Numbered from the stretch's first letter, positions 24,539-35,956 are shown. The stretch: 64,000 nt of DNA from Bispira polyomma (GCA_965649765.1 OZ287758.1:21328001-21392000), one strand, 5' to 3'. Numbers and translations are program-made. Notes: generated by a model not told the origin, from the sequence alone.

Positions 24539-27144
24539 ATGGGCTGGCAACTACCAATATTTCTTTCTTGCTTAGTAGTAGTTGCTGTGTATTTTGTATT
24601 GATGAGTCAATTAGTTATAGATGACACCAGATATCAACACACAGGTTAGTGTTTGCTATTTGCTAAATAATTGCCATTGTGCATTAACAATAAATAATTT
24701 TAAATGCATGCTGTTTCAGTGAAACATTATAGTAAATGGACTACACGAAGTGAACTAAGAATTACTTCAGAAAATGTTTTCTTTTTCTTTTGAGGCATTG
24801 ACGTCTGCTTAGAAAGTGTTTGTTTTAACAGTTACACATATTGGTCCCCTTAGCCATATTAGTACATGAGTTAACAGTTCAATCTATACATTCCACAGGA
24901 TAGTCATTGATTTTGTACAAAAATGGTAAAAATGTGCATTCCACAGTCCAGGTCATTGAATAAATGTTTATGCAAATAGGTTTTGACATAATCTTTTGTT
25001 TTAAATTCATGTTTGTACATTTTTTTAGAGTCATAATATTGGTTTTGATATAAGATTTTCAGACCATTCATTTTAATTAATTACCGTGTATTTATTCAAT
25101 ACTTTACTAATATCAATAACTTCACGATTTATGAATGTTTAACTGTAGGGTTGGTTAACCTATGTGTATACCAAGTTGGTTAAGTACACATGTATGGGCA
25201 AACTCGGATAGATAAAGATGATATATGTTACACAAGATCAAAAGTAGTTTTTCAAAGTAATTTATAAAATGGCAAATCCTCATGAGGATATCGTCCCATC
25301 CATCATTAAAGATACCACTTGGAATTCTGGCAATACACGATATAGTTCCCACATTTATTTTTTTATTAAAAAGAATAAAATCTGTTACCACTAGCGATTT
25401 TTTAAAAATTTTGTTCTCTATTGTACAGTAATATACCATATTTTGCGTTGCAAATTGTCATATATGTAGAAATAATGATTCGTAATATCTGGTGTCAAAA
25501 TTAAGCCAAATAATTGAACTTTGCTGTATAAAATATCTTCGATTAATAATTTAAAAACCCTTTTATAATTACTTATACGTTATTTTTATTTAAAATAAAT
25601 CTTTTAATAACATATCACCCCTTTTGTTATGTACATTGGGGCGTGGGCATGAGTTATTATTAGTTAAACTTTGCTGTTTTCTTAATGAGAATGCCATACC
25701 TATGTAATGTGTTTACTGGAGTATCTCTCAATGAGAATGCCATACCTCTGTAGTCTGTTTACTGCAGTAACTCCCAATGAGAATGTCATACCTGTGTAGT
25801 ATGTTTACTAAAGTATCTCTCAATGAGAATGTCATACCTGTGTAGTTTACCTCTGACTGAATGCAGTTATATAAAGTTCTATGTTCTCTCACAGAGATCC
25901 AGCCAGTGGTGACGACTAATAATACATTTGCTGATGCTGTTGCTGATGCTGCCACACAACAGCAGAAACAAAAGTGCAGCCAACATCACCATGTGTTCTA
26001 TCTGAAAGTATATAAAACGGGCAGTTCAACATTTACCAACATCTTAAACAGAAAAGCACTCACTCATAATCTCACCATTTGTAGAGTTGAAAAGGGTCCA
26101 TATTTGCACCCACATCTACTAAAAATGAACAGAACTGATTTTGAAGATCACATAAACGATGAGAAGTACAAATGTGATATGCACACCAGTCACACTAAGT
26201 ACAATTACAGCATGATTCACCAAGTAATGCACAAAGACACTATCCTTGTAGCAACATTGAGATATCCTTTTGACAACTTCAGATCAAGCTACTATTTTTT
26301 TCAGAGGAACAGACAGCATTTGAGAGTCAAAGCAACAGGAGATCCTATTGAGAAAATGCTTAAAGATAGTACGTATAGTGCTGTGTCTAAGAGATACCAG
26401 TTCGGAGGTAAATATGAGTTTTACAGGAATATAATGTACAAATATTTTAAATTTAATGACAGAAAGGCCGGAATGCACAAAGATTATCTGCAAGAAAGTT
26501 TTGCTCAAATTGCCAAACAGTTCAAGGCCACTATTCTGACTGATTGTTTTGATGAAAGTCTTATTCTTTTTAAAAGAATGGTGTGCTGGCAGACGAAAGA
26601 TATTGTATACATCACGCATAAAAATGCAACTTCTCTTAGATATATGAAACAAGCACAAGAATATGGTCCTTTATTGTTAAGACATAGGAATATATCATCA
26701 GTAGACTATGAATTATATTCCTATTTTCTTCAGGTTCATCAGCAACGTGTCACCGATGCTGGAATTTCTTTCGTTCGAGAAGTTAACGATTTTAAAAGAA
26801 TTAATGCAGATGTAAATAAATTCTGTTTGACCATTTTTGCAAAGTTTAATTATGGTACAGCTCAGCTGAAAATGTTAATGAAGAGAAAGATTGTTATTGG
26901 AGAGGGAGAGTTTACCAAACAGTTTCCTATAACAGGTGGAGATTGTTTGTTAATGTCGCTAGCAGGTGATAGGCTAAATGATGCCATCAAAGCCATGAAT
27001 TACCCTCTATCTTGTAATAGCAAAGCTTCTACGGTTCATGTGAATCAAGTGTTTTGTAATTCTAATGAGGATAACTTTATTTATAAGAATATCCCAATTC
27101 AAATGTTAAAGAGTATATTAAACGATCTTCGGTTACTATATTAA
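24539..27144 (+). CDS. Galactose-3-O-sulfotransferase-like type II membrane protein, 451 aa; join(24539-24644,25895-27144)
   Basis: Exon 1 encodes a signal-anchor (MGWQLPIFLSCLVVVAVYFVLMSQL) with a phase-1 GT/AG intron. 5'-PSB-like FYLKVYKTGSSTFTNIL, 3'-PB-like LRYPFDNFRSSYYF, plus FDESLILFKRMVCW and DYELY. Confidence 0.82.
25684..25845. repeat. 46-bp minisatellite, ~3.5 copies, in the sulfotransferase intron
   Basis: AATGAGAATGYCATACCT starts at 25684, 25730, 25776 and 25822. Confidence 0.85.
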
Positions 27145-27519
27145 TATATTCCAATCCTTTGTAGTTTTCCATTTTGTATCATACTGTAAAGTAGACTACT
27201 ATGTCCATGGTAACAACAACTATGAGGGTGTATCAATGTACTATTTATTATGCAATTGTTTTTGTTCGGTTCAATTAGAAAATAACTTAGTCACTACGAT
27301 TTACCAATGCATACATTTACATTGTTATAGGCAATTTCTGCAATCATAATTTAAATTAACAATTAATGTGGGATATTTATTCAGAGTTAAAAATATGACT
27401 ACTGTGTCATTATACAACAACATAAACTTTCATAGCATGTGAATAACCTGGTACTTTAAATATTGTAAATAGGTAATTCATAGTAGCAATCTTAACGTAC
27501 CATTTTAGTAGTAACTAAT

Positions 27520-28160
27520 GGCCTGGTCACAACTGCACATGCTAATGTCCCCCAACGTAGCGAAGCCATACACACTGAAAACGTGGTAGCTTTGTGTCAA
27601 AGTGACGTCATTTTGATAAAGAGGAGTTGATTGTGACGTTTCATGATGTTCCGTGACGATGTTGGTACTTGTACACACGAAGAGGGGGCAAAAAATGGAC
27701 CCTTTACTGGTAGGATATTACTACCTACTACTACGCAGAGATAATGTACTGCTACTTACGGCTGTGGTCTGCTGCCTTCCACTACTTGTAAAACTTTCTG
27801 AACTAACGGAGACGATCTCACTACTTACTGGGGCTTCTTCGCTACCTACTACTACACCTACTACTACCTACTAACTGATACGTCTATGCTACTTTCGGAA
27901 ACGTTTGGGGATGAACAGAGAAACGGGGACAAACTGGAGCTGTGACTGTAGTGTTTCAAACAGTTTGAAACACTACACACAGAAGACGAAACGGAAACAT
28001 TTCCGGAACGATATCATCTGTTGCACAATGTAACGAGACTATTATAGAAGGGATCCCCACTTTCTACTATGTTTCCAAACATTTCCAAATCTCACACAAC
28101 ATGACACAAACGTAGCTCTAGAACGAGTAGGTGTGACGAGAACATTAGCAGCACATTAGT
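27520..28160. mobile_element. Possible DNA-transposon remnant
   Basis: More GC-rich block with CTACTA-type repeats and short inverted ends (TGCTAATGT / ACATTAGCA). Boundaries are uncertain. Confidence 0.3.
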
Positions 28161-29150
28161 GTAGTAAAATGTAACTGTTATTTATGTAACTGAACTGGTT
28201 TTAATAATGTATATGTTGTCACATTGGGTGATGTCACCTAACTGGTTAAAGTGTGGTAACCTTAATATATGGACAGTAGGACAATAGTAATTAGTCAGGG
28301 TGACCTTACTTTCTACACCTTAACTTATATGTGTGCTAAGTTGACAACAAGAACAAATATATTAATGTTGTTTTAATTGGTGTCTTAATGGTACTATGGG
28401 TGTAATTTTAGAACAGAATACCAATATTTTTTTTTCTCAAACCTGTGCTTGTTGTTGAGTAGTTGGTTGGACATTTTATTGATGCCATATTTGTACTTAA
28501 CTGTCTAACCCATATTGATCATAGTAATGTTGGCTGCTGTAAACAAAGGTTAAAATGTGGAGCTGTAGTTAATGAAAAGCTGATGTAAGTCACAGAGCAT
28601 GTGTCACAATTGTTATCTCCAAACACACTCTGTGTTAGATTGGTGTTATTTAAATATTGTGTCATCTTACAGTCAAATAGAAATTGCACAGCACTTGTAA
28701 GTTTCTCACGATTTATGTTGACACAATATGATTTATATCTTCTTTGAGTATGTTCTCTCTTGAAAGACATAGTTGAATAGGGAGAAATTGCATAGGCCCA
28801 TTAGATGATTTTAATTTTTTTTAACATTCAAGCTTTGATCACTTGCATTTTACATGTATTTACAATGTCCTTTTGAAAGTTTTCAATCATATCCTTATGG
28901 ATACTATTGTTTATTACATTATCCTTGAGGGCTGACCAATGTATACACGACACATATATACAACTATAGATTTATTATAATTAACACATCAGAGGTTAGA
29001 TCTTCCAGACTATATCTACAGAAGTGGTTATCTCACTCTGAAATAACTATTAGCATTTTGTAAAAGTTACAATAAATTAAGCTGGACAATATATGTATAC
29101 AGTCACTCAGCCAAGTCACATAGACGCCTGTATTGAAGCAACTGAACAAA

Positions 29151-29382
29151 TGCACAGCAGGACCCTTTAGGGGCCTGATACTTCAGTCCACTTACAAACC
29201 TTTTAACTTTCATCACAACCTTAATTTCGGTTATACCAACAATATATGTAGCTATTTACTGGGCTACTAGCCAATCACAGCCCACACACTTGTTGTTTAG
29301 GCTTCACTTTCCAAATCACCATTTTGAATCTACATTCAAGCTATAGAATTCAAAGCAACAACAAGTGAAAACTATTTTATGA
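29151..29382 (+). repeat. Split direct repeat A1
   Basis: Identical to 34775-35006. Contains AGCCAAT and CCATTTTG, both also present in the element 1 leader. Confidence 0.95.
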
Positions 29383-29468
29383 AATAAATGGATTGTATTT
29401 ATGTGATTTTATTATTTTAACTTGGGTTTTATGACACATTGTGTGCTACATATTGTGAATCAATCGAC

Positions 29469-30854
29469 ATGGGTCGTACTAAGAAAACGCCCACACACAG
29501 CTCCGTTAAAAAATCGACCAAGAAACCACTTACAGCAAGAAAGACAAAGGAAAGGCAAGTAGTTGATTCTCTCGTCTTGGACCTTGACGGTCAGTTATCA
29601 CAGGTAGTGGGCCCCTCTAGTACTGACAATTCTTTTCAACAGATACATAGCGATGCCTCGCCAATGATGCCGACTCGGGGGCCCCTACTTAGGCCGGGTT
29701 CCGACACAACCAGCAGCCAGAATTCTGACCAAATGCTTGCCATTCTCATGAGGCTTGAAGCCTCTAACGCCGATTTAGCTGGCCGTTTGCAGAAAGTAGA
29801 GCAACAGGCATCGACTAACGCATCCATGTTACCTACCTCATCCCTCCTCAGGACGGGTCACACACCGGCCATCGGGCAGATGGGAACCACAGCTTCCCTT
29901 AACGTCCACGGTACACCTGCATACAACCAACCTGCTACAGGCCACCACGGTCAGATCGCTGCCGGATCACTACCACAGACGGGTTACCCCCCTCAACAAC
30001 CAGCACAGGGTAACGCTGCGTTCGCGCTTCCCACTCAGTCAGGCAATATTGCATCAGCTTATATGCAGAACGCTACACCAGACATCCCCGTAGCAACACA
30101 CACGGGCTACGCGGGTCACGATTACCAACGGGACGGGATCGTGCCGAATCTAGATGCTTTAAGAACCTTACCGCACGTCCAGGCGGAAGTTACCAGACAG
30201 CTTGCTCAGTATTCAGCACTTGCACAGCGAGATATAACACAAGGTAAGGCATCTCTTAAGCATAAATCGGGTCGGTTCAATAACACAGACGTCACTTCCA
30301 TGGATCCCAGGCTAAGGTGGCCTAATGAAGGGTGGGTAGGGGGTTCTTCAAAGAAGAAGCCAACGTTCGACGAACTCACACTGCCGCAGTGGGCTGCAGG
30401 GCAGCTCGCTAACGCTTTATTAGTACCTAACCCTGCTGAAATGAAGGACATGGTAAGACAAATAATATCAGCACTCAGAGATGCTTCATCTCTGCCGTGG
30501 CACGTTGTCAGGACAGCCTGGGCTCTCAGTATGCACGAGGTGGAGGAGGGCCGGCTGTCCTGGCAGAACGACACCCAATGGTCACTGAATAGGCTCAGTG
30601 CTTCCCAGTTAGCCATGGTCAACAGTGCAAACGTAGGTACAAGCAACAGCAATTCTAGCAACGACTCTAAACTTATTTGTAAGTTATATAACAATGGTAA
30701 ATGTACCCACAAGTCAGATCACGACAAATACAAACACATCTGTTGGCATTGTAGCCGAACCCTGGGGAAGGACTCCAACCACCCCGAATTCAAGTGTTAC
30801 AGATCCAACAGTAAACAGCTGGACACTCAGGTAAACCAAGGAAAGCAAAGCTAG
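29469..30854 (+). CDS. gag: Gag-like ORF1 of element 2 (ATG 29469, MGRTKK...)
   Basis: Homologous to element 1 ORF1: MGRT start, coiled coil, KSGRFN.TD, LRDA.SLPW and the Cys/His tail. Confidence 0.88.
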   Translation: MGRTKKTPTHSSVKKSTKKPLTARKTKERQVVDSLVLDLDGQLSQVVGPSSTDNSFQQIHSDASPMMPTRGPLLRPGSDTTSSQNSDQMLAILMRLEASNADLAGRLQKVEQQASTNASMLPTSSLLRTGHTPAIGQMGTTASLNVHGTPAYNQPATGHHGQIAAGSLPQTGYPPQQPAQGNAAFALPTQSGNIASAYMQNATPDIPVATHTGYAGHDYQRDGIVPNLDALRTLPHVQAEVTRQLAQYSALAQRDITQGKASLKHKSGRFNNTDVTSMDPRLRWPNEGWVGGSSKKKPTFDELTLPQWAAGQLANALLVPNPAEMKDMVRQIISALRDASSLPWHVVRTAWALSMHEVEEGRLSWQNDTQWSLNRLSASQLAMVNSANVGTSNSNSSNDSKLICKLYNNGKCTHKSDHDKYKHICWHCSRTLGKDSNHPEFKCYRSNSKQLDTQVNQGKQS

Positions 30855-30873
30855 GTAATTCTTCAACAACCAG

Positions 30874-33593
30874 GAGAACGAACTATAGTTAAAGATAATT
30901 GCAAAGTAGAAGTAAGAGACGAGCATGATAGTAACATTAAAATTGTAAAAGGTGAGCTTAAATCTACTGGTGTTGATAATATACTGTGTTATGGTAATGA
31001 GAACAATGAACATATTAACGGAAATGAGAACATAATGCAAAACAATGTGAACAAAACGTACTCTGGTAATTCCACAAATGTTTCAAATAAGGGCATGGGG
31101 ACGGAGTACAACTGTATATCAGAGCATTATGACTTATTTTTGTATGACAGTGCACAATCCACATGCAGTGGAAGTAGAATGCAGTACTGCAACAGCGAGT
31201 TAGCTGGTTATGTTAATTCCCAATACTATGATGGTAATTCTAAAGAAAGAGAAAGTAAAAATCAGATAGAAGTAACAGTCACTGTCACCAATTGGCAACA
31301 TTTTTGTAAAAAATGGTCCGTTTGGGCTCCAATAGTATTCTTAAACTGTAGCTGTAATGAAATTGAAGGGTTTTACTACATATACCATCATAGTGGGGAC
31401 AATGAAATGAAATACATGCCTGTGTTTAATCTACCTCAAGGAGATCTGCAGGTCATACACAGATATGTCACAGCCATATATTATGATCTCACAGATAGAT
31501 GCAAAAAATTACTAAGTAAGGTTAATCAGTGTAATGCTGAGGATATTGAACAGGCAGCCAATGTTTTCGACAATTTCAGTAAAGATGAAAAGTGTTACAA
31601 ACAGTATGGCTGCGACTATTCTGAATATATAATGAATATTATTGATATTATGTGTGATGATAACTGGAAAGTAGATGACAATGCAAGCAGTGCAGACAAA
31701 TTCAATGTAAATACTGCAGCTGGACACGAGACTCCAAGGAGTGTGCCCTGCGATGAAATATACACATGTCCGATTCGCGATTTCTTCTTCAGAACTGACA
31801 GGGTCAATGCCGGCACCAGTAAGAACATTAAGGAAAATTGTCATTTCGCCCAATCAGGAAAATCAGTGGGATTTATTCCATTATCTTCCACAAAATTTCA
31901 CTTTATTGGTCCTGATCAGGAGCCAGTAAAAGTTGATTCAGTCGGTAAAATGGAAAAAATTGCTGCTATAGTTAGAGGCACGAATCTCCCTAATTATAGG
32001 CAGGCTAGAATTCCTTTAATTTCGGGATTACACCACACAGCGTGGGAGGAAATGCTTACTGACTATTCGGATCAGCTATTAATACAATATATAAAATTCG
32101 GGTTTCCTTTATCTCTCACAGAACCAGGGAAACTAAATAATTCAAAAACTGTCAACCATTACTCTGCTTTGCAATTTACGAAAGAAGTCGGGCAATATCT
32201 TGAGAAAGAAAAGTCAATGGGGGCGATGTTAGGCCCAGTTAAGCAAGTGAACTCACCACACTATCACTGCTCACCCCTTTTAACCAGACCCAAAGACACA
32301 GACAAACGTAGGGTCATTTTAAATCTTTCTTATCCACCGGGGCAGTCACTAAACGAGAATGTAGACAAAGCACTGTTCGATGGGGTCAAATTCATATTAA
32401 AATTTCCTACTATTGACGACATCATAGAGGCCATTCGGAATACTCATGATCCAGTGCTGTTCAAGATCGACGTGGCCCGAGCGTTCCGTAACTTAAGAGT
32501 TGATCCAGTTGACGCACTGAAACTAGGCATACAATTCGCTGAAGGGCAGTACATTGACTCTGCGGTCGCGTTCGGGTGGATACACGGAAGCGCGGCTTTT
32601 CAGCGTTGTTCTGATGCCATAGCAGCCTATATGTCGGAACGCGGCTTTAGAGTATTTTGCTACATCGATGACTACATATGTGTATCTACTAGAAGTAAGG
32701 CTGACACGGGTTTCCGTATTTTGAAAGATTTATTGCTTAGGCTAGGTTTCCCAATTAACGATGATAAGCTTACACCTCCCACAACTCGCCTTACATGCCT
32801 AGGCATAGACTTTGATATTACTGCCGGCACTATTAGCATACAGGAAGACAAACTTATAAGCATAACCAAAATGGTAAATGACACCTCTCAAAAATTGCAC
32901 ATTTCACGTACTCAGTTTCAATCTTTATTAGGAAAATTATTATATGTTCACAAGTGCGTGAAACCTGCCAGAACTTTCATAAATAGATTACTTCAAGGTT
33001 TCAGAAGTGATCACAATGCCAAAAAAATCAAAATTTCTTCGGAAATGCGCCATGACATCGACTGGTTTCAAAAATTCTTACCTCAATATAACGGGATCTC
33101 ATACATTAACCATAGGGACATTTCCCATATGGACGAGTTACACCTGGACGCCTGCCTATCAGGTTTAGGAGGTGTCTGGAACAGAGAAGTGTACTCCACA
33201 CCATATTATAATGTTTATCAAAGAGAGCTTACCATAGTGCATATAGAGATGCTGAACATTGTCCTGGCTTTAAAAATTTGGGGTGAAAAATGGGCTCACA
33301 GTAGACTGATAATTCACTGTGACAACATGGCCGTCGTACTGGTTGTTGAAAGTCAGAAGACGAAAGACGAATTTCTAGCATTATGCTTAAGGAACATTTG
33401 GCTACTTATAGCCACATATGACATTAATATTAGCATTAAGCACATTCCAGGCAAGGAAAACATAATAGCAGATGCCCTTTCTAGAATTTATTGCAAAACT
33501 CCTCCCAGCAGGGACATGTTATATAATTTATACAACAATTATGTTTGGAATCCAGTACTCATACAACATTTTGACCTAAATTTTTTAATATAA
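30874..33593 (+). CDS. pol: Reverse transcriptase/RNase H ORF2 of element 2 (frame open from 30855; first ATG 31035; start given is the predicted splice acceptor)
   Basis: KIDVARAFRNL, YIDD, DACLSGLG, CDN and ADALSR. Confidence 0.92.
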
Positions 33594-33599
33594 TTACAG

Positions 33600-34576
33600 G
33601 TGCTACTGCCATTACTCAGAAACTCATCACTTCAGCATGTGGAAGGATTGACACGGCACTTAGACCAAAGACTTCTTCTGCTTACGAAAATCAATTTAAG
33701 ACTTTCCTGGCTTTTAATGTATTTGCAGGCATTGCAAATACTTCGGTTCATTCAGTACTGGCCTTTTTGGAATATTTGACACAAAATAACATTTCCCCTG
33801 CTGCGGTGTCAAACTACCTTTCTGCTCTAAAATTCATGGCTAGAAAGTTCAATTGGGATTTAGCTCCATTCAATCACAATTCTGTTGCATTATTCGTCAG
33901 AAGTATGACAATTAATTCACTATTTCGTCCCAGACACAAGGGATTGTTTGATATCGCACAGCTAGCACAGATTTCCATAGCATGTTCTATTCTAGATGAC
34001 CCAATATTATACAGATCCATATTTATGGTGGCCTATTTTGCTTTTTTGAGATTATCCAATATTGCCCCTCACTCAAGGGCCACATTTGATAGAACTAGGC
34101 ATTTTCTCAGACAGGACTTAATTTTTGGGCATCCTGGGGCTCACATCATCCTAAAATGGGCAAAGAATTTACAAAATAGGACAGATACACATATAATACA
34201 AATTCCAAAACTACAAAATAAGACTATTTGTCCAGTATTGGCATTACAAACCTTACTAGCTTCCAGGCCCCTTCCTCCTGCTGCACCACTTTTTGCAGTA
34301 GCTGGTACACCACATCACACCATAGTACAAACACATGTAAGGACAGCTCTGGAAAAAGTCTTGACACACATTGGAATACAATATTCTTCACATGGATTCC
34401 ATACTTTCAGACGTTCTGGAGCTTCATTTGCATTTAATCATAATGTATCCCTACAGAATATAATGGCCCACGGGCTTTGGAGATCATCTTCAGTTTGGGC
34501 TTACCTCCAAAAAACCTCCCAGGCTGCATCAGTCGTGCCTCATACCTTTGCCTCTTCTATTCCTTCTTCTCTGTAG
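33600..34576 (+). CDS. Tyrosine recombinase ORF3 of element 2 (no N-terminal ATG; frame open from 33575)
   Basis: GATAITQKLITSACGRIDTALRPKT aligns with the N-terminus of element 1 YR. FLRLSN, HTFRRSGAS, HGLWRS and VWAY are present. Confidence 0.9.
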
Positions 34577-34582
34577 TTGGGC

Positions 34583-34774
34583 TTGGGGCTTAAAATTTTC
34601 TGAATTTTAACCATTTTTACACTTGTTTTTCTGTACATATACCATTAACATGTATATATAAAATAAAGCTCAAACTGAACCGGTTTATTTACTTACACAA
34701 AACATCACACGTGGCTTAAAATCCATTACTTAACATCTTGAACCCAACTTACACCTTGTAACTTAAGTGGACTG
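34583..34774 (+). repeat. Split direct repeat B1
   Basis: Identical to 35765-35956; contains AATAAA; abuts A2. Confidence 0.95.
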
Positions 34775-35006
34775 TGCACAGCAGGACCCTTTAGGGGCCT
34801 GATACTTCAGTCCACTTACAAACCTTTTAACTTTCATCACAACCTTAATTTCGGTTATACCAACAATATATGTAGCTATTTACTGGGCTACTAGCCAATC
34901 ACAGCCCACACACTTGTTGTTTAGGCTTCACTTTCCAAATCACCATTTTGAATCTACATTCAAGCTATAGAATTCAAAGCAACAACAAGTGAAAACTATT
35001 TTATGA
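34775..35006 (+). repeat. Split direct repeat A2
   Basis: Identical to A1. Confidence 0.95.
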
Positions 35007-35174
35007 CCCACCTCCTCCCCTATGACCACAGCCTAGTGCTTGACGAATAATCAGCGACTTAAGCTTTATGTTTTCTTTAATATCATGTCACGACAAAGTG
35101 AATAGTCCACGTGGAAATACGGGCAAGTCACTACTATATTGGAATTGTAATTCGGTCGTTTCCAACAGGGAACT

Positions 35175-35358
35175 CGGCAACAGAGCGGACGGCGAAGGTT
35201 CGAGCCGGTGGCCGTGTGAAGGGGGGATCCTGTCTCTTATGCCTCCACTGGGTCATATAATGCATCGCCAGGAGGGGGTATGACAGGCAGGATTTCCCCT
35301 TTGCTAGGTGGTTGGTGCCCTAGGCCATCGGTTCTAACGTTAGCCTGAAGCGCATGCC
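35175..35358 (+). ncRNA. Candidate structured RNA motif in the A2-B2 spacer
   Basis: 12-bp stem 35202-35213/35323-35334 and 17-bp stem 35219-35235/35285-35301, with G-U pairs valid only on +. A homologous covarying motif lies at 54972-55132 (minus). Confidence 0.65.
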
Positions 35359-35764
35359 AATGGATGAAATTGAGAAAATTACTTGTGGTATCTTAGTAAA
35401 TAATGTTAAATACAAGCATATAAACTGAGAGTGGTTGTAAATATTAACCAATAATGAGAGAGTTTCTAACAATTAGCTATGTTGAACTTCAGTAATGATA
35501 TAAATGTGGTATATGGACTGTTTATGGCCACTGATGATGTAATTTATGTGTCGATTTATGCAAGATTTATTGTTTTATGTGTAACTTTTAGTATCTACAT
35601 ATTTCACTATATGGCTTGAAAGGTAACAAAAATGATACCAGTTTTAAGGTGTACTCTTACGTATATTGTATAATTATTTAATGGCTAGTCCGCATATTTT
35701 TATGTATTTATTATTGGCTAGTCCTTTACGACTTAAGTCTCTGTTAGTCGTTAGTCCTCCTTGA

Positions 35765-35956
35765 TTGGGGCTTAAAATTTTCTGAATTTTAACCATTTTT
35801 ACACTTGTTTTTCTGTACATATACCATTAACATGTATATATAAAATAAAGCTCAAACTGAACCGGTTTATTTACTTACACAAAACATCACACGTGGCTTA
35901 AAATCCATTACTTAACATCTTGAACCCAACTTACACCTTGTAACTTAAGTGGACTG
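35765..35956 (+). repeat. Split direct repeat B2
   Basis: Identical to B1. Confidence 0.95.

Larger units (their letters stand above)
29151..35956 (+). mobile_element. Full-length YR retrotransposon (Ngaro/PAT-type split direct repeats), element 2: A1-gag-pol-YR-B1-A2-spacer-B2
   Basis: A1 29151-29382 = A2 34775-35006 (232 bp); B1 34583-34774 = B2 35765-35956 (192 bp). No mismatch found by eye; no TSD; three open frames. Confidence 0.95.

Noticed and set aside
29141-29156. Shared AAA|TGCA target preference of the YR elements
   Set aside because: True for elements 1 and 2, but the third copy has CGTG|TGCA and the right flanks differ; too few sites.
33767-34576. Element 2 YR as a 269-aa truncated protein
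   Set aside because: The track start is a TTG; the frame and homology to element 1 extend back to ~33590.
35168-35201. GGCAACA...GGCGAA resembles the HDV ribozyme P4/J4-2 region
   Set aside because: There is no room for P1/P3/L3 between the would-be P2 strands, and the words are absent from the homologous motif at 55 kb.
35202-35334. GAGCCG...CGGTTC resembles group II intron domain V
   Set aside because: No 2-nt bulge or GNRA loop, and the homolog reads GAACCC, so the AGC triad is not conserved.
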